From positions 64,001 through 128,000 of the forward strand of contig CAVYES010000005.1 in NCBI GenBank assembly GCA_963767735.1: a stretch of 64,000 nucleotides of DNA. Reading direction: 5' to 3'. This document shows positions 10,534 to 20,717 of the stretch, one piece after another. Source of the stretch: Candidatus Bathyarchaeota archaeon. Its GTDB lineage: Archaea > Thermoproteota > Bathyarchaeia > Bathyarchaeales > Bathycorpusculaceae. The position numbers were made by a program, and so were the translations under genes. The number at the start of each line of letters is the position of its first letter. The stretch's first letter is position 1. A model generated the notes under the pieces. That model was not told the DNA's origin, ran no database searches, and was given only the letters and a program-made list of their open reading frames with translations.

Positions 10534-12258
10534 TTAGTTGAGCTTTTTCTTGCCGCGTATGAACCATGCCAAGATTACGAAGATAAACACTATGAGGATA
10601 ACGATGACTACTATGAGCCAATCAACCACACCGAAAACAGCTGCTGCCGCAGTAGCTGTCGGCGTTAGAGTAGGCGTTGGAGTTACAATAGCCGAAGCTG
10701 TGACAATTACAGCGGTAGATTGAGGCGAAGTCGCGTTTAAACTGTCAGTAACTGTTACTGTAATCGAGTAAGCCCCTGCGGATGCAGGAGCAAAACTAAA
10801 CGTGGACGCAGTCGCACTAGTCTGAACAGCTCCATCCACATACCACTGATAACTCGTGTAAGTGCCTGAACCGCCACTAGCCGTAGCATTGAACAGTTGA
10901 GACTGACCCACATCTAAAGCTGCAGTTTCAGGAGAAATAGTGACAGTCGGAGCAGCATTCACTGTAACCGTTGTAGCGGTAGATTGAGCCGAAGTGAAGA
11001 GTGAACTGTCAGTAACCGTAGCAGTAATCGAGTAAGCCCCTGCGGATGCAGGAGCAAAACTAAACGTGGACGCAGTCGCACTAGTCTGAACAGCTCCATC
11101 CACATACCACTGATAACTCGTGTAAGTGCCTAAACCGCCGCTTGGAGCAGCAGTAAACATCGTAGATTGACCCACATCCAAAGCAGCAGATTCGGGAGAC
11201 ACATTAACAGTCGGACCAGCATTCACCGTAACAGAGGTGGCTGCAGACGAAGCTGTAACTGGGATACTGGCGCTGTCAGTCACTTGAACCTCGAAACTCC
11301 ACGATCCCGTAGTCGTAGAAGCAGAAGTGTTGAAACCGTAACTGGTTTCACTGGTGGAAATTGCGCCTGAAATAGGTGAGAAACTTCCTCCAGGAGCCTC
11401 CTCAAACCACTGAAACGTATAGGGAGAAGTGCCCGTAGACACAATAGTAGAAAAAAACAAAGTGCTATTCTGACCCTGCTCAATCGTACTCTTGAAAACA
11501 GACACAGATGGAGCAACCAAAGCGGAATTTACCGTAACCGTTGCAGCGGTAGATTGAGCCGAAGTCGCGCCTGAGCTATCAGTAACCGTCGCAGTGACAG
11601 AGTACGACCCTGGGGATCCAGGAGAATAATTAAACGTGGACGCAGTCGCACCAGACTGAGACACCCCACTCACATACCACTGATAACTCGTGTAAGAACC
11701 TGAACCGCCGCTCGGAGTGGCCGTAAATGTAGTGGACTGACCCATATCCATAGTCCAAGAAGAGGGCGACACACTCACAGTCGGAGCACTCACGCTTATC
11801 ACCGAGACTGTATCGCTATCAGAATTTGTGACATAGGTATATGTGCCGCTGGGCGTAACAGCCACATCAATAGGCCCGATTCCAACGGTTATCGTCGCCG
11901 TCACAGTATTCGTGGCCGTGCTTATCACCGACACCGTACCGCTGCCAGAATTCGCAACATAGGTATATGTGCCGTTGGGCGTAACAGCCACACCGACAGG
12001 CGCGCTTCCAACTGGTACCGTCGCCGACACCGTATTCGTAGCGGTGCTAATCACCGACACTGTATTGCTGCCGTTATCTGCAACATAGGCATATGCACCG
12101 TTGGGCGTAACAGCCACACCTATAGGAAAGCTTCCAACGGTTACCGTCGCCGCATTCTGCGCTCGAACTGGCTGAGGCAATAATGCGAAAGCACAAAACA
12201 AGAAGCTGATAAGAAGGATGCAACCAACTCTCAAAGTCTTTGTTGCCCCATGCCTCAT
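10534..12258 (-). CDS. Surface protein with YVTN beta-propeller repeats, PKD/Ig-like repeats and C-terminal TM anchor
   Basis: Signal peptide; three P.GVAVTP.G.Y.YV.N repeats; repeated YTSYQWYV domains; hydrophobic C-terminus. Confidence 0.85.
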   Translation of the reverse strand: MRHGATKTLRVGCILLISFLFCAFALLPQPVRAQNAATVTVGSFPIGVAVTPNGAYAYVADNGSNTVSVISTATNTVSATVPVGSAPVGVAVTPNGTYTYVANSGSGTVSVISTATNTVTATITVGIGPIDVAVTPSGTYTYVTNSDSDTVSVISVSAPTVSVSPSSWTMDMGQSTTFTATPSGGSGSYTSYQWYVSGVSQSGATASTFNYSPGSPGSYSVTATVTDSSGATSAQSTAATVTVNSALVAPSVSVFKSTIEQGQNSTLFFSTIVSTGTSPYTFQWFEEAPGGSFSPISGAISTSETSYGFNTSASTTTGSWSFEVQVTDSASIPVTASSAATSVTVNAGPTVNVSPESAALDVGQSTMFTAAPSGGLGTYTSYQWYVDGAVQTSATASTFSFAPASAGAYSITATVTDSSLFTSAQSTATTVTVNAAPTVTISPETAALDVGQSQLFNATASGGSGTYTSYQWYVDGAVQTSATASTFSFAPASAGAYSITVTVTDSLNATSPQSTAVIVTASAIVTPTPTLTPTATAAAAVFGVVDWLIVVIVILIVFIFVILAWFIRGKKKLN

Positions 12259-12630
12259 TCTTTCACCTCACCAGTCAAAACCCTTAGCTGATGTCAGCGA
12301 AATGTCTGGAGTGTAAGTGCAAGTACGAGCTGTATCTTGCATGCCAGCCGGCGAATGAGCAAATTGATAACGAAATTAGAAAATTGATAATTACGATTCG
12401 TAGTTTCTTTATGCTTTTTTCATCCCCAAATTTCTTACTCTGCTAAGCTCTTCGTACGAATACAGATTAACCTTAACTTACATGTTAGCTGCTTATATAC
12501 GCATAACATTTGCGCTATTCACCTCATACAGATTAAGGAAGGTACCAAAAAACACACGATAAATTGTAAAAAAACATTACGCTATATGAATAAACAAACG
12601 TAACACAACCATGAAAATAGCCGCTGAATA

Positions 12631-12658
12631 GGATTCGCTTAAATAATTAAGCGCATCC
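12631..12658. repeat. 28-bp imperfect palindrome (11-6-11), copy 2
   Basis: ggattcgctta-aataat-taagcgcatcc; overlaps the att fragment. Confidence 0.7.
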
Positions 12659-12669
12659 CAGCGGGCCCG
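12655..12669 (+). repeat. att-like copy of the tRNA-Arg 3' end (15 bp)
   Basis: atcccagcgggcccg is identical to 10279-10293. Confidence 0.8.
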
Positions 12670-12734
12670 CTCCATTTTAGGTTCGGGTGTTTAAACAGTT
12701 CTATAAAGTAGTGGGTAGAGACAAACCAGCGCGC

Positions 12735-14051
12735 TTAGCTGCTTAGCGTTTGGATGTTCGCGACCTGCCCAGTGTCTGCCCATATCCCGACGCCTATGCT
12801 GTTAACTCCTCCCGGGTAGACCTTGTCGAGATACAGCGTTATGTACCAGTAAGGGACTAAGGTAAGGCCTGTTCGAGGTGTAGGATAGAACACTGCCGAG
12901 ACGGGTTCTTGAAGTACGGTGAAATTGGAAACTTGTACTCCGTTCGCTTTCCAAGTGAACGTGTTCGCCGCATCTCTGGCGATTTGAATTGCTTGGTTTT
13001 GTGTGATGTTTACTTGGGTGTTGCCGACCGAGTAGAGGGGCCAATCGTCGCTCAAAGTTGTCAGGATGCCGTTTTCATACACTATTTGGAGGCTTTTGGC
13101 GGCGAAATCAATGTTATTGTCCGTGTACAGCAGAGAGAACTGAGCATTTTCTCCGTCTAAAGAAATTTCTAGTTTGACGTTGCCCAACGTTTGGTCTTGC
13201 TGTGTTTCGGTGGCACCGGATAGAAGCTGGCTCATCTGATTCAGGTAGGAAGCATTGTCAACAGACTCGTATCTTGTTATGATTTCTCTCACCGCCGTTA
13301 AGAAGTCAGTCGGTTGACGTTGAGTGTAGATCGGGGTGAACGCTGTCACTCCTTCAATCACGTTTAGTTGAAAAAGCGAGAAGTTACCGTTCCTAAACGT
13401 TAAGACCAAGTTAATGTTGCTTGCGTTGTTCACAAGTGAGTATGTCAACACTTCCTCATTAATGCCTGGCATGTCGGCCTCGGGTCCCGAAGTGTCACTG
13501 AGAAGGGTCACTTGATATTTTGTGACATCTATCTGGAAAACGTCCTTTATGATGACCATTGCCTCGTCAGCAGAGGTGCTTCCCGAGAGCAATTGCTGAT
13601 TCTGCGATTGCACCTTTTCAAAACTAGCGCCCAAAGTGTTGTAGTCCTTAGACAGCTGATTATAAGAGGCGTATTGACCGTAGGTCATGCTTGCCAAAAT
13701 CACGATACCTATTATGAGGATTGCGTACAGCGACTTCCACCTCAAAGGAATGGACGAAAAGCTTTTCTTTTGGACTGAAGGGGCATCTTCCGCTCCCCTC
13801 ATCATTACTGCAGCGGCTTCACCGAAACTGGATAATTTGTATTTTCCGTCTTCTCTCTTCATCAATAGCTCGCCGAGGCTTTCAAGGTGATAGGTCAGAT
13901 GTGAACTTGGAATCCCGAGGTGATCAAGAATCTCCGAAAAAGTCATCGGTTTTTCCGAAAGCATCCTAAGGATTTTGCGGCGTGCTGGATGCCTCAAAGA
14001 ACTGAACATTGTTGAGTAGGTTTCTTCTTCCGATTCAGACATTTCAAGCAC
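12735..14051 (-). CDS. ArsR-type wHTH regulator with TM helix and extracellular domain
   Basis: LRHPARRKILRML..SSHLTYHLESL, then one TM segment and a long beta-rich domain. Confidence 0.8.
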   Translation of the reverse strand: MLEMSESEEETYSTMFSSLRHPARRKILRMLSEKPMTFSEILDHLGIPSSHLTYHLESLGELLMKREDGKYKLSSFGEAAAVMMRGAEDAPSVQKKSFSSIPLRWKSLYAILIIGIVILASMTYGQYASYNQLSKDYNTLGASFEKVQSQNQQLLSGSTSADEAMVIIKDVFQIDVTKYQVTLLSDTSGPEADMPGINEEVLTYSLVNNASNINLVLTFRNGNFSLFQLNVIEGVTAFTPIYTQRQPTDFLTAVREIITRYESVDNASYLNQMSQLLSGATETQQDQTLGNVKLEISLDGENAQFSLLYTDNNIDFAAKSLQIVYENGILTTLSDDWPLYSVGNTQVNITQNQAIQIARDAANTFTWKANGVQVSNFTVLQEPVSAVFYPTPRTGLTLVPYWYITLYLDKVYPGGVNSIGVGIWADTGQVANIQTLSS

Positions 14052-14229
14052 TTTGATACACTAACGTGCTCCGTTAGATTAATTTTTCTAATAAAAAACC
14101 AAATGCCCCGTTTAGTCAATAAATGCAGAATCAACTTTTGTTCAGTACATTTTTCTTGTGTCAATAAACCTTTACAAGAACCGTTTTATCGGAAAATACA
14201 CTCATGCATGAAGCGTCAGAGGAGCAGCT

Positions 14230-14601
14230 ATGAAAAGATGCGGAACTGGTCAAGTGCAAGATTTCGCTTGCGAGTGTGTAGCGCCATTAAGCTTTGAGAC
14301 GAAATGCGTTACAGTGGCGATATTCGAAAAAGAAGGAAAGACAATCCTGCAACCGCTGATAAGCGAACAAGACGCCAAAACAATCCAAGAACTGTTCCGA
14401 ACCGAAACTCTTGAAGTTTGGCTATCTAACGGCAAATCTTCCTATTCCGTTTTTGATGTCGATATACTAAGGTACAAACAAGTATCGCAACCGTTGACGA
14501 AATGCAGCAAAATCGCAAATCAAGTGTATTTGAAAAACCTGTTTGCAGGCATCGTTTCTTGTGAGCAATGCCCACTGGATGATGAAGCGGGTGGCTTGTG
14601 A
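14230..14601 (+). CDS. Hypothetical Cys-containing protein
   Basis: 123-aa ORF ending next to the following start codon. Confidence 0.55.
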   Translation: MKRCGTGQVQDFACECVAPLSFETKCVTVAIFEKEGKTILQPLISEQDAKTIQELFRTETLEVWLSNGKSSYSVFDVDILRYKQVSQPLTKCSKIANQVYLKNLFAGIVSCEQCPLDDEAGGL

Positions 14602-14602
14602 A

Positions 14603-15997
14603 ATGGCAACAATCAAAAAAGCGGTTGCAGAACGCGCGCCCAATATTGCGCTGGGGACCTTTTCGAGTCCGAGAGATAGCACACTAAACGTACTGTCAGC
14701 TATCAAAAACGCGGAAAAAAATCACGATTTCGCAGCAACGATCAAAATCTTGGATGAGGCATGCCGGAAGTGCACCCCATTAACTCCGCTCGAATGCATC
14801 TCACGATGCAAAACCTGGAAGTTGAAGAATGAGCTTAGAATACTCCATAAGAACATTGAAAACCCAGATTTCAAAAGAGACCTGATGAATGTACTGAAAA
14901 ACGACGCGCGACTGCACATTCTAATGATGATCGCTAAAGGCCACTATTCAATTCACAAGATTCAACAAGAACTCAGAAAGACGGGTCACGCACTCAGTCA
15001 AGACAACATTGTTGTAGAATACTTGCGTCCATTGCTGGAAGTTGGACTTGCCGTCGAGGCTCAAGACTGTTACTACACAACAACGTTCGGTAGAAGACTC
15101 ACAGAATTGATCGGAGGTTCAGCGAACTTAGTGAACTTGCTACCGGCTCGATCCGAATGCTACGAGGAAACTGTACTCAGAGCTTTACTCAGCGGACCCA
15201 AAACCTTTGAAGACATAAACGGGTTTGTCTCCCAGAGGGCCGTCTCGCGAATTTTAAAGAGACTGGAAACGGTGGGCTTGGTAGAAACACCAAAGGAAAG
15301 AGCTTACATATTTTTCTTCAGATCAAAACGTGACCCTACAATGGAAAAGCCTTCCTCTGCTGAGAGCAAGGTTTACAACGGCGTGCCTCACGAGGGAATT
15401 TCTGTACAAAAACTTGCCGAAAAAACAGGATTTGCGCTAAGGACAATTTACAAACTTCTGAGAGGACTGAAGGGAAAGAAGCTAGTGTTCACTAGAAAAA
15501 CGCCTAAAGCTTACCGTCTGACTGCAAAAGGCGAAAAGTTGGCTTCGCTTCTGAATGCGCTCTATATTCTGGTTGAGGAAACGCTGAGCTCCTCTGAACA
15601 AGTCTTCAAAGACAACGAAAACATAGCCCCACAGGTCTCAGGTTTGACTGCCGCCCGCTATTCAAGCATGCCAAGCGAACCAACTTTCCCAGCTGAAGAG
15701 AAGGCTGAAACGACGAGACGGTCTCAACTGGAAATGTGTGTGGATATCTTGGAGGTCTTGACTCGTGAGGGTCCGTTGAACCTGATGCGTGTTATGCAAA
15801 ATGCTAATGTCAACTGCAGCATGCTGAGGGAGTGCCTTGGCTTCTTGACTAAGCAGGGACTGGTTGAAGTTAAGGCCATTGGAAAAGAAAAAAAAGTCTA
15901 TGCGGTCACTCAACTCGGCTTGACAGTGCTTAAGCAGTTCCGCGATCTCAAAGAGGTGCTTCCCATAGTTGTAGAAACAGGAGTGCGCGCTATATGA
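14603..15997 (+). CDS. Multi-winged-helix protein with N-terminal four-Cys motif
   Basis: CRKC....LECISRC; several wHTH-like units; C-terminal RRSQLEMCVDILEVL wHTH. Confidence 0.7.
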   Translation: MATIKKAVAERAPNIALGTFSSPRDSTLNVLSAIKNAEKNHDFAATIKILDEACRKCTPLTPLECISRCKTWKLKNELRILHKNIENPDFKRDLMNVLKNDARLHILMMIAKGHYSIHKIQQELRKTGHALSQDNIVVEYLRPLLEVGLAVEAQDCYYTTTFGRRLTELIGGSANLVNLLPARSECYEETVLRALLSGPKTFEDINGFVSQRAVSRILKRLETVGLVETPKERAYIFFFRSKRDPTMEKPSSAESKVYNGVPHEGISVQKLAEKTGFALRTIYKLLRGLKGKKLVFTRKTPKAYRLTAKGEKLASLLNALYILVEETLSSSEQVFKDNENIAPQVSGLTAARYSSMPSEPTFPAEEKAETTRRSQLEMCVDILEVLTREGPLNLMRVMQNANVNCSMLRECLGFLTKQGLVEVKAIGKEKKVYAVTQLGLTVLKQFRDLKEVLPIVVETGVRAI

Positions 15998-18831
15998 GAA
16001 AATCCCTAATTCTTATCGTATCCCTAATTCTTATTTTATTGCTATCAACTTTGATAAGTTTTAGACCAACCATTCAAACGGTAAAAGCTCAACAACTGAG
16101 TCCTCAATCAATCTCAGACAACTTTAGCACGGATTCAGGTTTATGGACGTATTTAGGGAGCGCATACAGAGACCCAACCAATGATTATTTAGTCTTAACT
16201 AATTCTGGCAACGACCAAGCTGGAGTTGCCTTTTTCAATTATGCAGTTTCAAGCTCTTTTACAGCTAATTTTAGCTACTTAGTTGGTGAAGGAAACTCGG
16301 GGGATGGGTTCACCATGTTCTTCTACAAACAGCCATATTCAACATTCAGCAACGGAGGCGATTTGGGTTTCAACACTCAATATGCAATTATCCCGGGGTA
16401 TGGGATTGAATTTGATGGCTGGCAAAACATACCTGGGGATTTCCAAGACATAGCGGGAGGCGTAATGAATCCGCCAACAGGTGATCCGTCTGGCGCCTAT
16501 ATTGCATTAATACAGAATTCTGTTGGTGATCATTTAGCATATTCGGCTAATGACCCGAGAGTTGACAACAATCAGTGGCATAACGTTTCTGTGATCGTCA
16601 GAGATTCTTCTGTTAGCGTTTATGTTGACCAAGGATTAGTCCTTCAATGGACTGGGGCACTAAACACAACTTATGCAGGGTTTGGATTCAGTGGAGCTGA
16701 TGGAGAAGTTGGAAGCAACTATCACATAATAGCCAACTTTTCAATTACTGCCAATAATTTAGGAACGCCAGAACCAATTCCTACAGGAACTCCTACACCA
16801 ACTGCCAACCCCGAACAAAGCCCAGTCATTTCTTCGGTAAGCCCGATCTCCCCGACGCTAGTGCAGAATATAACCCTCCAAGGCAGCGATTTCGGAAATA
16901 TTCAGCCCCAACTTTTGAGTTTAGGTGACGGGTCAGTTGATACCGTTTGGGGTGGTTCTACGCCGAGTATCGTTATTTTAGATGAACGTAATTTACTCTC
17001 TGCTGGAGCCGCAGGTGCATGGTCTGGTTTTACAAACGGACCTCCCGACCTCATCGGTGTTGTCCTATTAAGTTGGACTAATACAGAAATAGTCTTAGGT
17101 GGCTTCGGTTCTGGCCTCGGTTCGCAGTTTTCATGGAGCCAAGTTTTGCAAGGAGATGTTTTACAAATCCAAATTCAGACTGTTAGTGGAGTTGCAACGT
17201 ACAACACTAATGCCGTTTCAAATCAATCCAATCAAAATCTCACTTCTGGCTCCACAGGAACTCCGCCTGTAATTTCTTCGGTAAGTCCAATCTCGCCGAC
17301 TCGACTGCAGACTATAACCATCAAAGGCAGCGGTTTCGAAAACACTCAGCCTCAAACGATAAGTCTTGGAGATGGCTCTGTAGATACTGTCGATGGAGGT
17401 AACACTCCTTCAATTCAAATTCGTGATAATCATCTCATTGCCGATTGGACGGCGGGGTATGGAGAAAACGGAATTGGAATTATTCTTGTAAGCTGGTCGA
17501 ATAACGAGATTGTGTTGGGCGGATTTGGGACTTTGCTCACCACAAACGGTCAGGGAAGCTATAACTTACTGCTTGGAGATCCAATTCAAATCCTAGTGAA
17601 GGCTTCGGGAACTGTGACTTCGTATAATACTGTTGTATTAGGTTCTCCAGAAAACACGAACGACACCAATAATGGTCCAGCTCCTGTTATTACCTCAGTT
17701 AGTCCCATTTCAACAGATGTATCGCAGACCATAGTTATCAAAGGCAGCGACTTTGGAAACATTCAGCCTCAAACTATGAGTCTGGGAGATGGTTCAATCG
17801 ATACCGTGGGCGGAGGCAGCACCCCGGTGATACAGATTCATGATGACAGCTGGTGCGGTTGGGAAGCAGGCACCCAGGATGGTCCAACAACAGGCGCCGA
17901 TTCGATTGGCATAATAATGGTAAGTTGGTCAGATACAAAAATTGTTCTTGGCGGCTTCGGATCCGCACTTTACACAAACGGCCAATGGAGCATTTCACCG
18001 GGAGATCCGATGCGGATAGTGGTGTTGACTTCTGGAGGAGTGTCAGTATATGATACGACTGTAACTGGAGGTTCTGGCACCTCATCAAATTCAAGCACAA
18101 CTTCTACACCAACGCCCTCAACGTCTCAGCTTGTGGTTTCTTGCCAAAGCTCCACAACAACTTCAAACTTCAGGGTTGAAATTAACGGCAATTTAACAGT
18201 CGGGTGCATTGGCATTCAAGGAGCTCTAATCTACCTCTACTATAGCATAAATGAAGGAAGCTCTTGGCAGGGCTTAACTACGGTAAACACAGATTCAGAC
18301 GGAAACTTTTTAGCAGACTGGTTGCCTTCGGTGACTGGAAACTACCTGATAAACGCTACTTACGCGGGAGACTCAACTTATCCCGGAGAGAGCACTGTAG
18401 TTACCCTTGTGGTTACCCCATATCCATCTGAGAACGCTCAAGACGTATTTTCAGTCGCGTCAAACTCTACAGTGTCAGATTTAGCGTTCAATTCCACAAG
18501 CGGACAATTAAGCTTCATCGTTAGTGGACCAAGCGGAACAACAGGTTACTCGGACGTATACATTGCCAAATCCCTCGTTAACGACATATCAACCGTCAAG
18601 GCTTACATAGATGGAAACACATTAAACTACACAGTCACGTCAACCGCTGACTCATGGATACTGCATTTCACGTACCATCACAGCACTCATGAAATAACCA
18701 TAAACCTAAACAATGCGTCCACATCAACGTTAAGCATCACGCAATTGTTGCAAGGAGTTACTTACGGAGCAATAATTAGCCTGAGCGTGATAGTTGCACT
18801 TTTGCTGATTTTAAGAAAAAGGCAGGACTAG
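15994..18831 (+). CDS. Large surface protein: L-type lectin/ConA-like domain, three IPT/TIG-like repeats, Ig-like domain, TM anchor
   Basis: GDGFTMFF..YGIEFD..WHNVSV..GFGFSGADG; three PVI(S/T)SVSPIS repeats. Confidence 0.8.
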   Translation: MRKSLILIVSLILILLLSTLISFRPTIQTVKAQQLSPQSISDNFSTDSGLWTYLGSAYRDPTNDYLVLTNSGNDQAGVAFFNYAVSSSFTANFSYLVGEGNSGDGFTMFFYKQPYSTFSNGGDLGFNTQYAIIPGYGIEFDGWQNIPGDFQDIAGGVMNPPTGDPSGAYIALIQNSVGDHLAYSANDPRVDNNQWHNVSVIVRDSSVSVYVDQGLVLQWTGALNTTYAGFGFSGADGEVGSNYHIIANFSITANNLGTPEPIPTGTPTPTANPEQSPVISSVSPISPTLVQNITLQGSDFGNIQPQLLSLGDGSVDTVWGGSTPSIVILDERNLLSAGAAGAWSGFTNGPPDLIGVVLLSWTNTEIVLGGFGSGLGSQFSWSQVLQGDVLQIQIQTVSGVATYNTNAVSNQSNQNLTSGSTGTPPVISSVSPISPTRLQTITIKGSGFENTQPQTISLGDGSVDTVDGGNTPSIQIRDNHLIADWTAGYGENGIGIILVSWSNNEIVLGGFGTLLTTNGQGSYNLLLGDPIQILVKASGTVTSYNTVVLGSPENTNDTNNGPAPVITSVSPISTDVSQTIVIKGSDFGNIQPQTMSLGDGSIDTVGGGSTPVIQIHDDSWCGWEAGTQDGPTTGADSIGIIMVSWSDTKIVLGGFGSALYTNGQWSISPGDPMRIVVLTSGGVSVYDTTVTGGSGTSSNSSTTSTPTPSTSQLVVSCQSSTTTSNFRVEINGNLTVGCIGIQGALIYLYYSINEGSSWQGLTTVNTDSDGNFLADWLPSVTGNYLINATYAGDSTYPGESTVVTLVVTPYPSENAQDVFSVASNSTVSDLAFNSTSGQLSFIVSGPSGTTGYSDVYIAKSLVNDISTVKAYIDGNTLNYTVTSTADSWILHFTYHHSTHEITINLNNASTSTLSITQLLQGVTYGAIISLSVIVALLLILRKRQD

Positions 18832-18894
18832 AACTCCACCTTCCCTAAAAGTTAGAGCTCAGGATCCAATTCTTGAGTTTCCAAAAACCCAAAA

Positions 18895-18918
18895 TGGGTT
18901 CAAATCCCAGCGGGCCCG
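18895..18918 (+). repeat. att copy of the tRNA-Arg 3' end (24/24)
   Basis: tgggttcaaatcccagcgggcccg is identical to 10270-10293; lies 75 bp before the integrase. Confidence 0.9.
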
Positions 18919-18993
18919 CTCCCTTTTGGGTTCAGGTCTACCACAACGGTTAAATGTATTCAGCCGAAAGAGGTTTTAAGGAGAAAAAAGGTT

Positions 18994-20283
18994 GTGCGCG
19001 GGAACGATTACTCGTCTCTTTTGAATGACAAAGCGGTTAAGCGTTGGCGGGATAATGTCGCCCGCGGTTCAGTGATAACTGCCGAGGTATATCTCAGGCG
19101 TTTGGGACATTTCTGTAACGATTTGAAAATTTTGCCAGGCGATCTTCTGAAGATGAGCGACGATGAGCTTTATGATTTGCTCTTGGATACGGTTTCTAAA
19201 TTGGAGGGGAAAGGATACGCCGGAAGTTATATTCACTCCACAGTGAAAGCAATTAAATCCTGGCTTATCCATAACCGAAAGGAGGTCAGAGGTAGGATTA
19301 AGATAAGAGGGGCCCAAGACACCCCCACCCTTAAAGACGAACGTGTGCCGCTCAAGAATGAACTTAAACGGATTTTTTTAGCGGGCGACGAAAAGTCGCG
19401 AACAACATGCGTACTGATGGCGCATGGAGGCCTTCGACCTGAAACCATAGGACATTATCATGGGAATGATGGATTAACACTGCGGGATCTGCCAGAACTT
19501 TGCTTCGAAAAACAAGAAATAACATTCCTCAAAGTTCCAACAATGGTAACCGTACGCCGAGAGCTCAGCAAAGCTGGACATCAATACTTCACTTTTCTAG
19601 GTCAAGAAGCTTGCGACTACTTGAAAGACTATTTGGAAGGAAGACTAAGGGAAGGAGAACAACTTACCCTCGACTCAGCCATCATCACTCCAAAACAGAA
19701 GATGAAGGCTTTCATTAGAACATCAAATGTGGGAGACGCTGTAAGACTCTGCATTAGAAAAGCTGGTTTCCCATGGCGACCCTATGTTTTAAGATGCTAT
19801 TTTGACACGCAGATGATGCTGGCCGAATCAAAGGGGTTAGTGCTTAGGGATTACAGACAGTTCTGGATGGGGCATAAGGGCGATATTGAAGGCAGATACA
19901 CGACCAACAAGCAAAGGCTGCCAGAGTCAGTTGTCGAAGATATGCGGACAGCTTACGGAAGAAGCGAAGAGTTTTTGCAGACTAAGATCAAAGAGGAAAT
20001 CAGCGAGGAAAAAGTCCGCAATAGCGTCAGCAAACAACTTTTGGTGATCGCTGGCTACAGTCAGGAAGACTTAGAAAAAATGGACATAACCTCTATGGCC
20101 GACGAAGAAATTCAGAGCCTCCTTAGGAAGAAACTGGTGGGACTGCAAGGGCCAAATGAGGGTTCCCAAAAAGTAATTAGCGTTGCTGAAGCCAACGACT
20201 TTTTGTCAAAAGGCTGGGAATACGTTGCTAAAATCTCTGATAACCAAGTAATTATCAAAATGAACCATAGCGAAAATGTCTAG
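18994..20283 (+). CDS. Tyrosine recombinase/integrase
   Basis: GLRPE, PYVLR, MGHKG, RYTT catalytic residues; intact ORF. Confidence 0.9.
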   Translation: MRGNDYSSLLNDKAVKRWRDNVARGSVITAEVYLRRLGHFCNDLKILPGDLLKMSDDELYDLLLDTVSKLEGKGYAGSYIHSTVKAIKSWLIHNRKEVRGRIKIRGAQDTPTLKDERVPLKNELKRIFLAGDEKSRTTCVLMAHGGLRPETIGHYHGNDGLTLRDLPELCFEKQEITFLKVPTMVTVRRELSKAGHQYFTFLGQEACDYLKDYLEGRLREGEQLTLDSAIITPKQKMKAFIRTSNVGDAVRLCIRKAGFPWRPYVLRCYFDTQMMLAESKGLVLRDYRQFWMGHKGDIEGRYTTNKQRLPESVVEDMRTAYGRSEEFLQTKIKEEISEEKVRNSVSKQLLVIAGYSQEDLEKMDITSMADEEIQSLLRKKLVGLQGPNEGSQKVISVAEANDFLSKGWEYVAKISDNQVIIKMNHSENV

Positions 20284-20421
20284 TTCGTTGCCCAAAATGA
20301 GGGTCAAATCTTACTTCCTAACCTGTCGCCTCGTTGCAGGCGGATTAGGTTTTAGAATGTGTAGCGAATCGGCAAGAGACGTAATTTCTAAGTAGCATAA
20401 TTCGAGGTTATTCAAAGAATT

Positions 20422-20679
20422 CTACGTTGTTGCCTTTGGCTCTTTATCCCATCGTACAGATCCTACGGCTGCGATTGGAATTAAATAGTCTTTTCCGGCG
20501 CTTTCCACTTCTACGTATGAATTTTGATATACTGATTCTTTGGTGACTATGATTTTTCCTACCAGTTCTTTCAATTGGCTGTGTTTATCTTTAAAATATA
20601 ATGTTCCAGTACCGCTTACGATTAAGCCTCGTGAAAGACACTCAATAGGCTTTTCTTTCTTTTCTTTCATACTATTCAC
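20422..20679 (-). CDS. Hypothetical protein
   Basis: ORF in tandem with two upstream minus-strand genes. Confidence 0.5.
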   Translation of the reverse strand: MNSMKEKKEKPIECLSRGLIVSGTGTLYFKDKHSQLKELVGKIIVTKESVYQNSYVEVESAGKDYLIPIAAVGSVRWDKEPKATT

Positions 20680-20717
20680 ATCTTCCGTCTTTTCAAATTT
20701 GCTCGATCAAGTTTGGA

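Noticed and set aside
10720-11760. Long near-identical DNA repeats as a DGR template/variable pair
   Set aside because: They are in-frame domain duplications inside the surface protein; no reverse transcriptase in the window
12280-12423. Signal-peptide-like remnant upstream of the adhesin gene
   Set aside because: Short, broken frame; too weak to call
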